In this document: one piece after another, positions 13,758-25,812 of the stretch | Layout: the number at the start of each line of letters is the position of its first letter | Numbering within the stretch: the first letter of the stretch is position 1 | Assembly (NCBI GenBank): GCA_016748015.1 | Contig: JAAOMT010000675.1 | Span: 806,001 to 870,000 of the forward strand | Direction of reading: 5' to 3' | Length of the DNA stretch: 64,000 bases | Origin: Geosiphon pyriformis uo1 | Lineage: Eukaryota > Fungi > Glomeromycota | The notes under the pieces: model-generated | Databases searched by the model: none | What the model saw: only the letters and a program-made list of their open reading frames with translations | Told to the model about the DNA's origin: nothing | Program-made: the position numbers and the translations under genes

Positions 13758-15576
13758 ATGTCAAAAAAGAAAGCACTCAAAGATGCTTTTTATGGTCCTG
13801 TTGATGGTTCTTGGGAATATTAAACACTTTAGTGATAAGAAAGATATCTCTTTGAGTAAATTTGGGCCTGGTAATAGTGTGTATTCTAATGTAAATAGTC
13901 TGTCTGGTGATGATGAAGATATTAGCATGGCTGATGTAAATAGTGGATTTCTTTTGGGTTTGGCTGCAACCACTTTCAAGGCAAAACATATTAATACTGG
14001 TACAGTATTTGGCTCTCCACTTGGCTCTCCTGATTTTATTATAGATAATGATAAAATTGCACTTCTTCCTTACTTGTCTATTTCTTTGGAAAAAAAGTGA
14101 ATTGATCCAAAAATCATCAAAACCCCAGTGGAAGTGTTGGTTAAAAAGTCTTTTGTTTTGGATATTAATCTTTCAGCAGTAGATGGTAAATCTGCCACAG
14201 CAAAAACCCAACTCATCAGAAAAATCTTTTCAACTATTAATGGTTTTGGGGGGGCCACTACCCCCTTAAAATTTGAAGGAATTATCTGATCAACATTTAC
14301 TTCAGAAAAAAGCATGGAAATGGCCACATCATTGGCCAAAGAAAAAGGGATCAATGTAAACAGCAATTTTAAGAAACAAAAAATAAGGTCAGATCAGGCT
14401 GTAGTGATTAAAGAAATTTCCATGAACACACCTAAAGATATGATCATTGCTGCAGTATCCAAATTTGGAGAAATTAAGTTGATCAAAATTCAATTGATTG
14501 GAATGTAACAAAAAGCTGTAGTAAAATTTGCTGAATTAGACCAAGCTAATTTGTTAGCCTCTAAATGGTCATTCTTGATTGGTAAGAACTCTGTACATAT
14601 AGCCAAAGCAATAAAAAATTGTGAATCTTGGGTGTCAAGAGATTGGTTTAGAGCATTTTTGTTTACTTTGCTGGTGGGAATGACAGCACATAATCTTGGA
14701 ACTCTTCTAGAAAGAGCTGGTGGGAAAACTTGTGTCATAAACAGATCTATGAAAATTGGTAATAGGATTTACTGTGCTGTAGTTGGTTTTGAATTTGATG
14801 ATAATCTGGAATCTGTCTTTTACACAAAGCCAATTCTTGGTAGTATTAAACTTTCTTGGATAAAGATGGATCTGGTTTGGTGTAAGAAATACAGGAAGTC
14901 TGGTCATTCTGCTTTGGAATGTGATGCATCTGTTGTGTCTCCCTTTAAGCCTTCAAGAACATTTAAAAGGGTTGTGTTTAATGAATGTTGTCTTCAATTG
15001 GCTAAGTTGTATGAGAAAAAAAGTGTTCCAATATCTTGCTCTGCTGTTTTTGGTGGTAAATTTTGGGCCCAGGTGGTCTCATTTGCTGGTTCTTCTGATA
15101 GTCTTCACTTTGCTTCTGGTTCTGGTTTCCCTTTTTCTAACACCTCAGGTTTGAATGATGATTTCTCTCCTGTCTTGGTTAACAATTCATCTTTGGATAC
15201 TTGTTTGATCTCTTTGGAGTGATTTTTAGAGCTGCTAACTGACCAAGTTTCTGGCATTGTGCACAAACTTAGCAACATGAATTTGGTGCCGCAAGCTTCA
15301 ACTCTCCCTCCTAAAGTCTCAGCTATTTTAATTACCACCAAAGAAGATTTGGTTTTGGATACAGTTATGGATGATTCTGAATTGGTACTTTCACCCTTTT
15401 CTTCTGCTTCTCCTAGTGTCTCAACATTGGGTCTGAGTAGTTCAAAAGTTTTGACAATCAAAGTTGGCAGTTTGGAATCTAAGTTGGTGGCTTTTAAGGC
15501 TTCTGTTAGTTTGGTTTTGGCAAAGTTAAATTATTTGGGTGCTGATTCGGGTTTCTTGTTATTCTCTTCATCTTAA
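13758..15576 (+). pseudogene. LINE ORF1 (nucleic-acid-binding protein, RRM-like segments and CCHC-like knuckle)
   Basis: ATG 13758 (MSKKKAL); 'AVVIKEISMNTPKDMIIAAVSKFGEIKLIKI...KAVVKFAE'; degenerate knuckle CKKYRKSGHSALEC; several stops and one frameshift. Confidence 0.8.
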
Positions 15577-15942
15577 TGAGTGGTTTGATCTGGAAGATAG
15601 CTACATGTAATGTTCAGGGCATTAATGTTCCTGCCAAGCAGGCCAATGTTATTTGTTGGCATAAGAATATGAGCAACTTGATTTCGATCTTTACTAAGAC
15701 TAAATTAAAGAATAAAGTCCATCTGTGGATTGCTAGAAAATTTGAAGGTGTCCGTGTATTCACTTCTGGTTTGAATTCTGGGTATTTGGGTGCTAGTATT
15801 GTGGTCATCATAAACTCTTCTTTGGTGAAACATGTGTGCAAGATTTTTAAAATGCCTGGTCAGCTTTTTTTCATTAAATTGCTTTTCAAAAATAAACTTT
15901 CTGTGTCTGTTTTGGAACTGTATGCTGGTGCTTTATCTGCAG
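15576..15942 (+). pseudogene. LINE ORF2 segment 1 (APE endonuclease N-terminus)
   Basis: MSGLIWKIATCNVQGIN...IFTKTKL; cut at 'LYAGALSA' by element A. Confidence 0.88.
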
Positions 15943-16853
15943 TGTTACTCATAGAATATAGGAAGTATATTATTATTAGCAAGTAGATATTAGCCAATCA
16001 GAAGTAGATGTAGAAAATGTGAAATTTCAGAATTTCTCTCAGAAAAATTGCAGGATTCCAGGAATTTCAGAATTCTCTGGTGAGAAATTGCAGGATTCCA
16101 GAATTCCAGGATTTCTTTTATCAGGAATTGCAGGATTCCAGGAATTTCAGGATTCCTGTTGCAAGGAATTGAAGAATAGAGGAATCTCAAATATGTATAT
16201 ATAGCAGTAGTATTAGAAGCAGAAAGGAGAAGCAACACCAAGAATCCTTAGCTTAGTTACCACAATCCTCAATAAATAATTATTCATTATATCAAATTCA
16301 TTCTTTACTATCAACACTTCATGTTGATATTAACTGACACTTAACCATACTGGAACAATTGTTCTTAATCACAGCTATTAATGAGATACTAACTTGCAAA
16401 TTGCCTTGGCTTATTTCTTATTTTCTCTTTTATTTTTTCTTTATTTTCTTTGTTGTCTACTAACTTGATTAAAGAATTTACTTCTGAAAGACTTATAAAA
16501 GAATAAAACTTACTTAAACAATACTTATTCTTGGAAAACTTACAGAAAAATAAACTTGCTTAAACAATACTTACTCTTGGAGGACTTATGAAGGAACTGA
16601 TGTCAGGAAACAGCACTGATATATACTTACAAAGGATATCATACCAGGAGAATCATCAACCATTAAGCTGAGCAAAGCAATTGACGAGACTACGGTTTCA
16701 GGAAACTACTGATAAACTGTTACCATTGAATCTCTGTTTATTATACAAAGAACTCAATTGGAAAACCTTCAGATTATCATTGTCACCCATCACTTTGAGC
16801 ACCAAGTTATGGATTTGTTATTCACTCAACACCCCAAAGAATCATCTGTAACA
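15943..16853 (+). repeat. 5' LTR of A (911 bp)
   Basis: Direct repeat of 32988-33866; contains CCAAT (~15994), a GGAATTCC-like array, TATATA (~16196) and AATAAA (16271). Confidence 0.95.
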
Positions 16854-16855
16854 TT

Positions 16856-16872
16856 TGGTGTTTCCTGTGAGG
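16856..16872 (+). promoter_or_regulatory. Primer-binding site of A (TGGTGTTTCCTGTGAGG)
   Basis: TGG 2 nt after the LTR end; differs only by transitions from B's PBS TGGTGCTCCCTATAAGG. tRNA identity not established. Confidence 0.8.
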
Positions 16873-16914
16873 TATAATCCTACAGAGAACCAGCATTAAC
16901 AACACCATTCAAAT

Positions 16915-19900
16915 GTGGCAGAATCAGAAATTATAGGAGCCAATCACTTAGGATTCACAAAATTCTTGTTTCAACAATACAGCCAACAATTAGGATTAAA
17001 CAGTAATCACTACCCAGCCGAATCAGTCTTCAACTATTATGTCAATGATAAAATCACAGACTGTTTAGGAGGAACCATTAATATTGAGTTAGCAAGAGAA
17101 AATTTTTATACAGAATTATTTCAACACACCAGCTTACCAAGAAATCACAGTTTTGTCCCAATTATCAGGGAAATTAATCAAACCATTAAAAAATACACAC
17201 AACAACAATTTCTCATTACCTACACAGACAAAAGTAAAAGAAGAATACAAACATCAGCAGCAACACCAAAAGGAATACAGTTACCTAGTTGGAAGAAACA
17301 CAGAGTAGAATCACCAACTGCTCCATTATATCACTACACATCTGGAAGTGCCATCAACATTTCATCAGCAGAGGCATCCACATTAAACATGACATTAACA
17401 TTTAGAAGATTTCAGTTCCAAAGCAAACAACAGAAAGAAGACTTACTAGGACCATACGACACATATTTTGAAGGATTTAAATCACGATTCCCAATGCTAT
17501 TAGAAATTTGATTACCAATACCCCAACCAAATTTCGGAGCCACTACTCCATGGGAATTATTAGAGAAAAAAAAAGAAAGAAGTAAAGATCAAGGATTCAC
17601 TTACCAAAACCCGATCTCAGAAAACTCGAAATTCGGAACCTCAAACATTCAAACTCCACAAAATCCAAACATAGAAGATCTGGAAATTGAAACTCTAAAT
17701 ATTAGAACTCAGCAAAATCAAAACAATCAGAACTCCGATTTAATTAATCAGCCAAACATACCTCCAAATATTGTCATCAATCACCCACCAATTGATCTGA
17801 TAGTCGAACCCATTCAGCAGCCATCTCAACAACCAAATCTGCAAATCTAACAGCCACAAGAACCACCTTAGCAACCACCACTACAACAACAACTACTACA
17901 GCAGCCACAACAACAATTAAACATAAACCAAATGGCCTATGCACCCATTGCCAAGTTAGAAAACTTTACCAGCGAAGAAGATGATGCTCAAGCATGGATT
18001 AATAACATCTCCAAGACCATCATAGCAAACAATTGGAATAATGCCAGAGCCTTACAGGCAATCCCATATTTTCTCAAAGAAACCGCCAATTCTTGGTACC
18101 AGAGTTTAGCCACCAGACCATAAACATTCTTACAATTCAAAACTGTCTTTCTGGGATATTTTAGCAACAATAACAGTATTAATTGTTTAACCAATACTTT
18201 CACTACAATCAAACAGAATAATATTGAAGCAGTCACAACATATCTAAGACGCTTTCATAAAATCCTATGCCAAATTCAAGTCATCAATGCCATGTATTTT
18301 ACAGAACCCCAGATCTTCAACCAGTTTATTTGTGGCCTGCGCAGTAGCATTTTGCAACACATATGCCCATTACATCCAGCCAACCTTCAAGCCACAGTCA
18401 CACACACTAGAGATTTCGAATTAGCTGAGCTAGAAGCCAACCATGCTCAAGCTGTAAATTTAGTAATAAATAGATCATCTAATTTGGATTCCAAATTAAA
18501 GCAAATCAGTGATACCATCAATCAGAAAATAGAGGGATACTTAGCTAATAATAGCATGATTTATCAATCTTCTCAACGGTGTAATAATCAGGGAAACGCG
18601 AATTATTTCCAAAATCAGTCATGTCCAACATTGTCATCCAATTGGCAGTGGCAGCCAGAGATGCGTGTCTGCCATAACTGTGATAAACAAAGCCACATAA
18701 GAGCCAACTGCAATGTTTATAACTGACAATCGAAAAATCAACATTGAAACCCCAATCACCAATTCCAAACTCCAAATTAATATCAAAATCAAGAGCAAAA
18801 TCAAAACACTTATCTGCCAATGATGCAGCAGCCAATTTATCAAGCATCAGTATATCAAATCCCAGTTTATTAACCGCAGCCACCAGCAATATATTAACCA
18901 CAGCCATTCGTAATATATCAACCACAGCCACAAGTAATTTATCAACCTCAAACCATTCAAACACTGCTCCAAAACTTACTTCAACACGGAACCCAAAGAC
19001 TGAAAATGACACAACAAAACTGGAAATTGGCAATGGTTGTCCACCAACTGATTCCCAGTTTCTTCAACTCACTATTAGAATTGCATTTTTGGAATTCGGA
19101 TACTGGTGCCATCCAAAACTCGAATTCTCAGAACTATTTAAGTCTCCTGGTTACCTCAGAAGATGCCACACCCAGCAACCCAGAAACCAACCCAATCTAA
19201 AAACTTACCAGCAACATACCACCAGCAATGGTCACTGAAAACAAAACATTAGCAGCCATCTTCTTGTTTGAGTTTGAGAAAACCACCCCAGTCTCATTAT
19301 TCAGTGGAGCCGCTCTTGAAGAAAAACCCATTACAACAATGTATACTGATGCCAAAATAGATGGCCACTCCATCAAATTAATCCTAAACAGTGGTTTAGT
19401 AGGCAGCATTATTACGCAATAACTCATGGATCAATTAGGTTGCCGAGTTGATCATGCTGCTAGTGCTTGTATAATTATTGCTAATGAAGTGATCAAAACT
19501 CCAATCAGCAAAATTGATGATTTTCCATTCGAAATCAATGGCATTATAATACCCATTAAAGTCTTGGTAATAAAAGCCACACAATACCAGGCTTTCATGA
19601 GCAATGATTGGTTGTTGAAAACTCATGCTACCTTTGATTGGACCACCCAAGAACTACAATTAATCTTTGGTGGTTAGCATACTCGAACACTGGCCACTTG
19701 TGGCCACTTTAAGCTAAGTAATGCCCAACCACTCATAGAGTTTGAAGAAGAAACAAGGAAACCTATCTGAGAAGCCTACCAAGTCTTGTGGGCCAACCAA
19801 GACCATAACGAGTTGCCACTAGTACCTTCTTGGAATGACAACGTCAAAGGAAAGCAAAAAGAAACAAAACTTATTTGGATCTCTGACCAAGCTTGGGAAA

Positions 19901-22900
19901 CAAAAAATGACTACAATAAACTAGCCGATTGGAAATGGAAAGAGGAAGATAATGGAAAGGAAAAAGGGAAAGAAACCATACTGGAAGAGACCACCAGCAC
20001 CAGTAAAAGAACCAGTGGCTGGACCAGTTCATACTCAGTCCATGAGCCACTACCACAACTGCCATATATTCCACTCAAATGCAAAGACTGTGAAAAGAAA
20101 CTTTCTTCCATAGGAGCATGGATCGCGCCAGACGAAGACCACTGGACATGAATCTATTACTATTGTAAGCCATGTTATAAAAAATGCTATGGCTACCCAA
20201 TAAAACAGGGCAAATGGAACAATGAACCATGTCTTGCTTGTGGTGAACAACTGTTCAACGAAGGAATGTGGAATGACATTCCTGGTTAAGGAGGAACATG
20301 TGATGCTTCGTGCCAATACATAATCCTTATTAGTAACTGAGTGAGTCGTGGTACCCCAATTATAGCAGCATGGCACCAAGCACTCGATTATTTAGATGGT
20401 TACCTCCATGACAAAAAAGAAATCTGGCAAATGACCAATGCCAAAGTAGAAGATGCTACACCCAATAAAATACTGGAAATTAAGAACAATCCCCCAGAAC
20501 TGGTCGATATCATTTATATTCCTAATCCAGATGCTTTTATAGACAAAAAAACAGGTCCAAAAGACTTCCACAAATACTACCAAAATTTGGTACCTACAAG
20601 AGAAGAGCAGAAGCAGTGTTTAGAACAACTAAACACCCAATTATGTGACCACTGTTTGATTCCTTATAACTTCCAATATTGTAATAAATGTGACCTCATT
20701 TACAATCCACTACCACACATGATCTACATGATTCCAGAGGAAATTGAACCAATTAGTAGCTGCACATCCGAATTGGAATCACCATTCAATTTCAATTCAA
20801 ACTCTGACAATGATGACAATAAAAACACTGGTTCCAGCTCCGTTCAAATTGGCGATAACAACAACAACAATTCCAACTCAAATTCAAACTCTGATCCAAA
20901 ATATGAACACTATATTGCACTGCCAGACTTTTCCAAAAAACAAGAGTTAAAATAATATAGTGACAATAATGAAGGTATTATGCCAGAACATGCATATAAT
21001 ACTGATGCCAGATTTGATTTGAGATATTCAGGAAAAGATGCCATCAAATTGGAACCACATTTGTGCACTTGTATTGATCTGAAAGTAGCATTAGAAATCC
21101 CAGAAACAACAATGATTCAACTAGCATCTAAGAGTAGTTTAGCAAAAAGAGGAATTAATATAAGAGAAGAAATAATTGACGCAGAATATATAAGAAATAT
21201 CATTGCTATGCTACAAAATGACTCTGAAAAGGCCTATATCATAGAGCCAAACGAAAAAATAGCACAGGCAATATTCCTGCCTCTGGTGAAAATAGCACAG
21301 TTAGTATTAGTGGAAAATAAGGAGGAATTAGGGATAACAGCAAGAGGAATACAGGGATTTGGATCAATGGGTAGAATAAATGTATCAGTCAATATGGCAA
21401 AAGAAAAAATTGTTGACCAAAGAGAAATTATCTCAATGGGTCAAGCAATTTTTATTTCACCATATGGCCAGTACATAGTAGGAATAAAATGGGAAGTAAA
21501 AGAACAGAATTAGATTTTTGAAGCAGAACCAATTCTTTGTGAATCAGGAGAGATTGAATTTATCAATTTTCATATACCAGCCAAAGATTACAACCACATC
21601 AAAATTCCCATCTATAATAACATAAAAAATATTATAGTAATACCAGCCAGAACCACCATTGGATACTTAAGTACTGAAATAGAAGATCAACCACCAAGCA
21701 CTATTCTGGACTTTCTACAGCTTTGTGAATATGTCAATATCACATCACAAACAATATATGGACAAAGCAAATGTTATTTGCTTCAACCAGAGCAATTAGA
21801 ACAAATGAACATGAGAAACTTAGACCCACTCTAATGTATGCAGCTTAAGATGTTGCTCAACAATTTCAATAACATTTTTGCCAGTAAAAATGAGTTTGGC
21901 CGAACTAACATCATCCAGCATCAAATCAAAACTGGAAATGCAATGCCAATTAAACAAAGAGCATACAGAGTATCACCAGCTAGCCATGAGATCATTTGTC
22001 AAGAGATAAACCAAATGCTTAACAACAGGCTAATTCAACCATCAATGAGTCCATAGTCATTACCAGTAATACTCGTCTGGAAAAAGAATAGAAAAATCCA
22101 ATTTTGTGTGAACTACAAGAAACTCAATGGTGTAACTTGTGGAGACAGCTATCCAACCCCAAAAATACAAGAATTGTTCGATGCTTTCGGCGGAAACAAA
22201 TGGTTCTCAACATTAGACTTAGACAGTGGTTATTGGCAAGTAGCCATGAATTCAGCCAACAAGGAGAAAACAGCATTTACCACTAAAGAAGAGAATTTCA
22301 AATTTGAAGTAATGCCCTTTGGCTTAACCAACACTCCAACCATTTTCCAATGACTAATAGAAATCGTTTATACTGGCTTATTGTGGAAATCAGTAGTTGT
22401 ATACTTGGATAACACCAATGTATTCTCAAAAACATTTGATGATCATCTTCATCATCTTCAACAAGTGTTCGAAAGACTAAGAAGAACAGGACTAAAATTA
22501 AATGCAACAAAGTGTTTCTTTGGCAAGACAGAACTAAAATTCTTAGAACACATAGTCAGCAAAAATGACATCAAAATGGATTCAGAGAAAATAGAGATAG
22601 TAAAGAACTTTCCAGTACCAACTAATGTGACTGAATTAAAATCATTTTTGGGATTTACAAGCTATTATCAATGCTTTATAAAGAACTTTTCAAAGATAGC
22701 TCAACCACTCAATAATCTGCAAACCAAGAATACAAAATATGAATGGACAGAAAGTTAACAAGAAGCTTTTGATATTCTGAAAAAAAAGCTTATTCAAGCT
22801 CTAGTACTGATCTATTCAGATTACAACAAACCATTCATTATTACCACCGATGCATCAGGCCAAGCATTGGGAGCAGAGAACATCCAGTAGCATATGCCAG

Positions 22901-23117
22901 CCAAGGTCTAACACCAGCCGAAAAAAACTATGGAACACCAGAACTAGAACATTTAACAATCTATTGGGCAGTCATAAAGTGGAACAAATACTTGAGCCAA
23001 AAGTTTGATATATACACGGATCATAAAGGGTTAACATTACTTTAAAAGCAAGAATTTGATAACGGCTGCCAATTCAGATAGAAAATAATACTCTTACGAT
23101 ATACTTATACTATATAC
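16915..23117 (+). pseudogene. Single-frame Gag-PR-Cys-rich-dUTPase-RT-RNase H polyprotein of A (last ~20 codons at 30789-30848)
   Basis: ORF fragments at 16915, 17932, 18292, 19006, 19228, 19426, 19786, 20341, 20980, 21838, 22108 and 22381 all share one frame. CHNCDKQSHIRANC, LILNSG, DARFDL...GFGS, MPFGL, YLDN, TDAS. A ~28-bp deletion after 22876 relative to D. Confidence 0.92.
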
Positions 23118-23773
23118 TGTTATGGGTTGAAGTAACAAGCTAATAGATAGCAAAGGAGAACAGAATTTTAGGGTGATAGAAATAATCAAAGGGGATTCAA
23201 CTTTAATGAGCAAATTAAATAAGTATAGATTCAATGTGCAAGATTAGTCTCATAAAATATTTCAGTCACTATTCTTTTCAAAAGGTAACAAGGGAATTTG
23301 AAAGTAGAGGGATAGTCTGTACTGTCAACAATTGATCATTACTGGTATTAATTCTATGTCTTCACGTTGGCGCTCTTAGAATTCAATATCAGATATCAAC
23401 TTGTGCTTTTCAGTTATGTTTATACAAATAGTCTTCAAATATTACAATTATTCAAACAAGAAAAGGCCAACAAGTAATCTTTTATCCTAAGATGTTTGGA
23501 TACTTGAAGGTAGGAAAAGAGAAATTAACAATAAGAGAGTGATTAAGATGAAAGTTGTTATTTTTATTTATTTGATTCTTGTCTGAGAAATGATTTTCTA
23601 CAGCTAAAAGACTCATCACTTATATAGCTATTGAAAGTGGTTAACGACCAGATTAACGATTAGGTTAATGATTAAGTCAATAATTACTATCTAAAAATAG
23701 AGTGGTTAATTATATGACATCAGTGACTAATACATGTGATAACTAATAAAAATTATGGGTTTTAACCATAACA
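23118..23773 (-). repeat. 3' LTR of B (656 bp)
   Basis: TGTTAT...ATAACA; purine tract GGAGAAGATGA precedes it on the minus strand. Confidence 0.95.
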
Positions 23774-24390
23774 TCATCTTCTCCAAAGAGATTGAGCTCC
23801 AGCGAAATCAAGCTATTTATAAGATATTCTAATTGAAAGATTTTGTCTAACTCAAAACTAACTAGTTTGTTAAAGTCTTTTGTGGATAGAGTGTATAGTA
23901 CTTGAGGCAAAATAAGCTTTGTATCCAAGAGACCAAATCTTTGTATAAGAGTTTTGGCTCTTTTTGCAATGATCAAAACTTTTGGGACATCTAAACGTAT
24001 AATGCCCACTTGTATTTCTGAAGTTGTTTTCTTCATGAGCTTCATTTCTTCTATGATTTTACCAAGATGACCATAGAGTTCTAGTTGTCTTCTATATGAC
24101 AAGTTTTTGTCTATGGGCAAGATTTCCTTAATCGTTTTTCCAATTATCATGGAAGGTATAAGTATTGCTGCTGTTATGCTTTCCAGCAAATACTTATCTA
24201 TTTTGCTACCAATTTTTTCTCTTCTGGTAGTGGTTTTCTTTGGTCTAATAACAGTATGTGTTTCACTGTTATCTGTTATGGTGGTTTGTTTTCCAATGGT
24301 CAGAGTAGCATTTGGGTAATTTTTAATCCAGTATTCATGGAGAGTATAGAAAGCGTTTTGAATGTTTTGATCTAGGAAATAATTGTTCAT
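23743..24390 (-). CDS. ORF3 of element B, unknown function (~215 aa, uninterrupted)
   Basis: Open frame 23743-24486 with first ATG at 24390 (MNNYFLDQ). Lies between the integrase stop and the 3' LTR, reading through the PPT. Confidence 0.7.
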   Translation of the reverse strand: MNNYFLDQNIQNAFYTLHEYWIKNYPNATLTIGKQTTITDNSETHTVIRPKKTTTRREKIGSKIDKYLLESITAAILIPSMIIGKTIKEILPIDKNLSYRRQLELYGHLGKIIEEMKLMKKTTSEIQVGIIRLDVPKVLIIAKRAKTLIQRFGLLDTKLILPQVLYTLSTKDFNKLVSFELDKIFQLEYLINSLISLELNLFGEDDVMVKTHNFY

Positions 24391-24431
24391 GTTGATTGAA
24401 GATACTTTTGTTTTGGGAATGGTGCATTTAT

Positions 24432-25743
24432 TTATATCTGATTTTTGTTGATCATTTGGGTTGGTATTACCACAACAGGTAACCAATCAGGCCGTTTGTA
24501 ATATTTCTTGAGTCATGTGCCATTAATAAGGTGATCATTAAAGATTATTCCATATTGATTTTGTAAGATATAAGAACCATTGTTCAAAACTTTGTTGACT
24601 ATAAAGAGTCTTTTTCACTAGCTAGAGAATTTATCACCATAGACATTGTCTCTGTCTGAATGGTATTCTAAAACTAAATTACCAACACTTAAGGAAAGTA
24701 TTTTATATATTTTCTTTTTTTTAAGCTTCTCTTGAAATTGTTTTATCTTTTCAAAGGCAATTATCTGTGCTTCTACTAATGAGTCAAGAATGGTACCAAG
24801 TCTTCTTTGCAAAATGTCTTTGTAATTCTCTATTGTTATTTCTTCAAAGAGTATTGTTTTAATGTCAGTTTCTATTAGGGTTGCCATTCGTCTATAAAGT
24901 AGATAAAAAGGTTCATAACTTGTTATGTCATGATTTACAGTTCTATAAGCAAACAAGGCTGAAGACAGTACTTTGTCCTATAAGTTTGTTTCTTCGCTGG
25001 TTTTGGCTAGGGTTTTACATAGTGTTCTATTGAAATGTTCCACTAGGCCATTTGTTTAGAAGTGATAAAAAGAGGAAAGTTTGTGATGTATTCCACATTT
25101 TTCTGCAAAGTTCTTTGACAAGTGTACTGAGAAAAGCTCTTCTTCTGTCAAATAAAAGTTCTTTGGGACAGTTATGGTAACAAATAATATCTTCATAAAT
25201 GAAATTGGCTATTAAAACTGTTGTTTGGTCTGGAGTGGCTCTTGCTTCTACCCACTTTGTAAGATAGTTGGTAGCTGTGATAATGTATCTGTTGCCATCA
25301 AGAGTTATTGTTAAAAATCCAACAACATCTATACCAATTCTGTCAAAGAGTTGACCAACAGAGATTGGATGAATATCTTTTTTGCAATTGGGTTTTTCTC
25401 TTCTTTGGCAGATATCACAGGTTTTGATCTATTCAACAATGTCTTTTCTCAAGATAGACCAATAATAGCAAGCTAGAGTTTTCTGAATTGTTTTTGTTTT
25501 TCCAAAGTGTCCAGCTAATGGATCAGTGTACATATTGTAGATCATAATTTCTCTTTCTTCAAATCTGATGACTCTTTGGGGGTGGTCAGAATCTTTTCTA
25601 TTTCTTTTATAAAGTTAGTTCTGGCGAATCAAATAGAAATTTGATTGTTTGTGCAAATGTTCTTTTTGTTGTTGTGTGTATTTCAGTGGGTATTGTTCTT
25701 TACCCAAAAATTCTATTAAGACAGAGTAGTTGTCCAAGTCTAT
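24432..25743 (-). pseudogene. Integrase of B
   Basis: GHFG...CDIC, FDRIGIDVVG, NYLTKWVEA, TNGLVE, LFAYRT, GPY/F-like C-terminus; stops and frameshifts. Confidence 0.88.
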
Positions 25744-25812
25744 TATCGTGTTTGTCAAAAAAGAGAATTACTAATAATTAAGTTGGTTTGGTTTGAGAGG
25801 GTTGTTCTGTTA

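Noticed and set aside
16018-16175. Short repeat arrays as CRISPR
   Set aside because: Contiguous degenerate units without unique spacers, inside LTRs, with no cas genes.
18744-19238. 164-aa Ser/Thr/Asn-rich ORF (LSANDAAANLSS...)
   Set aside because: Alternative-frame shadow of the Gln/Pro/Tyr-rich Gag C-terminus. The true frame is broken by CAA>TAA changes that are silent for stops in this frame.
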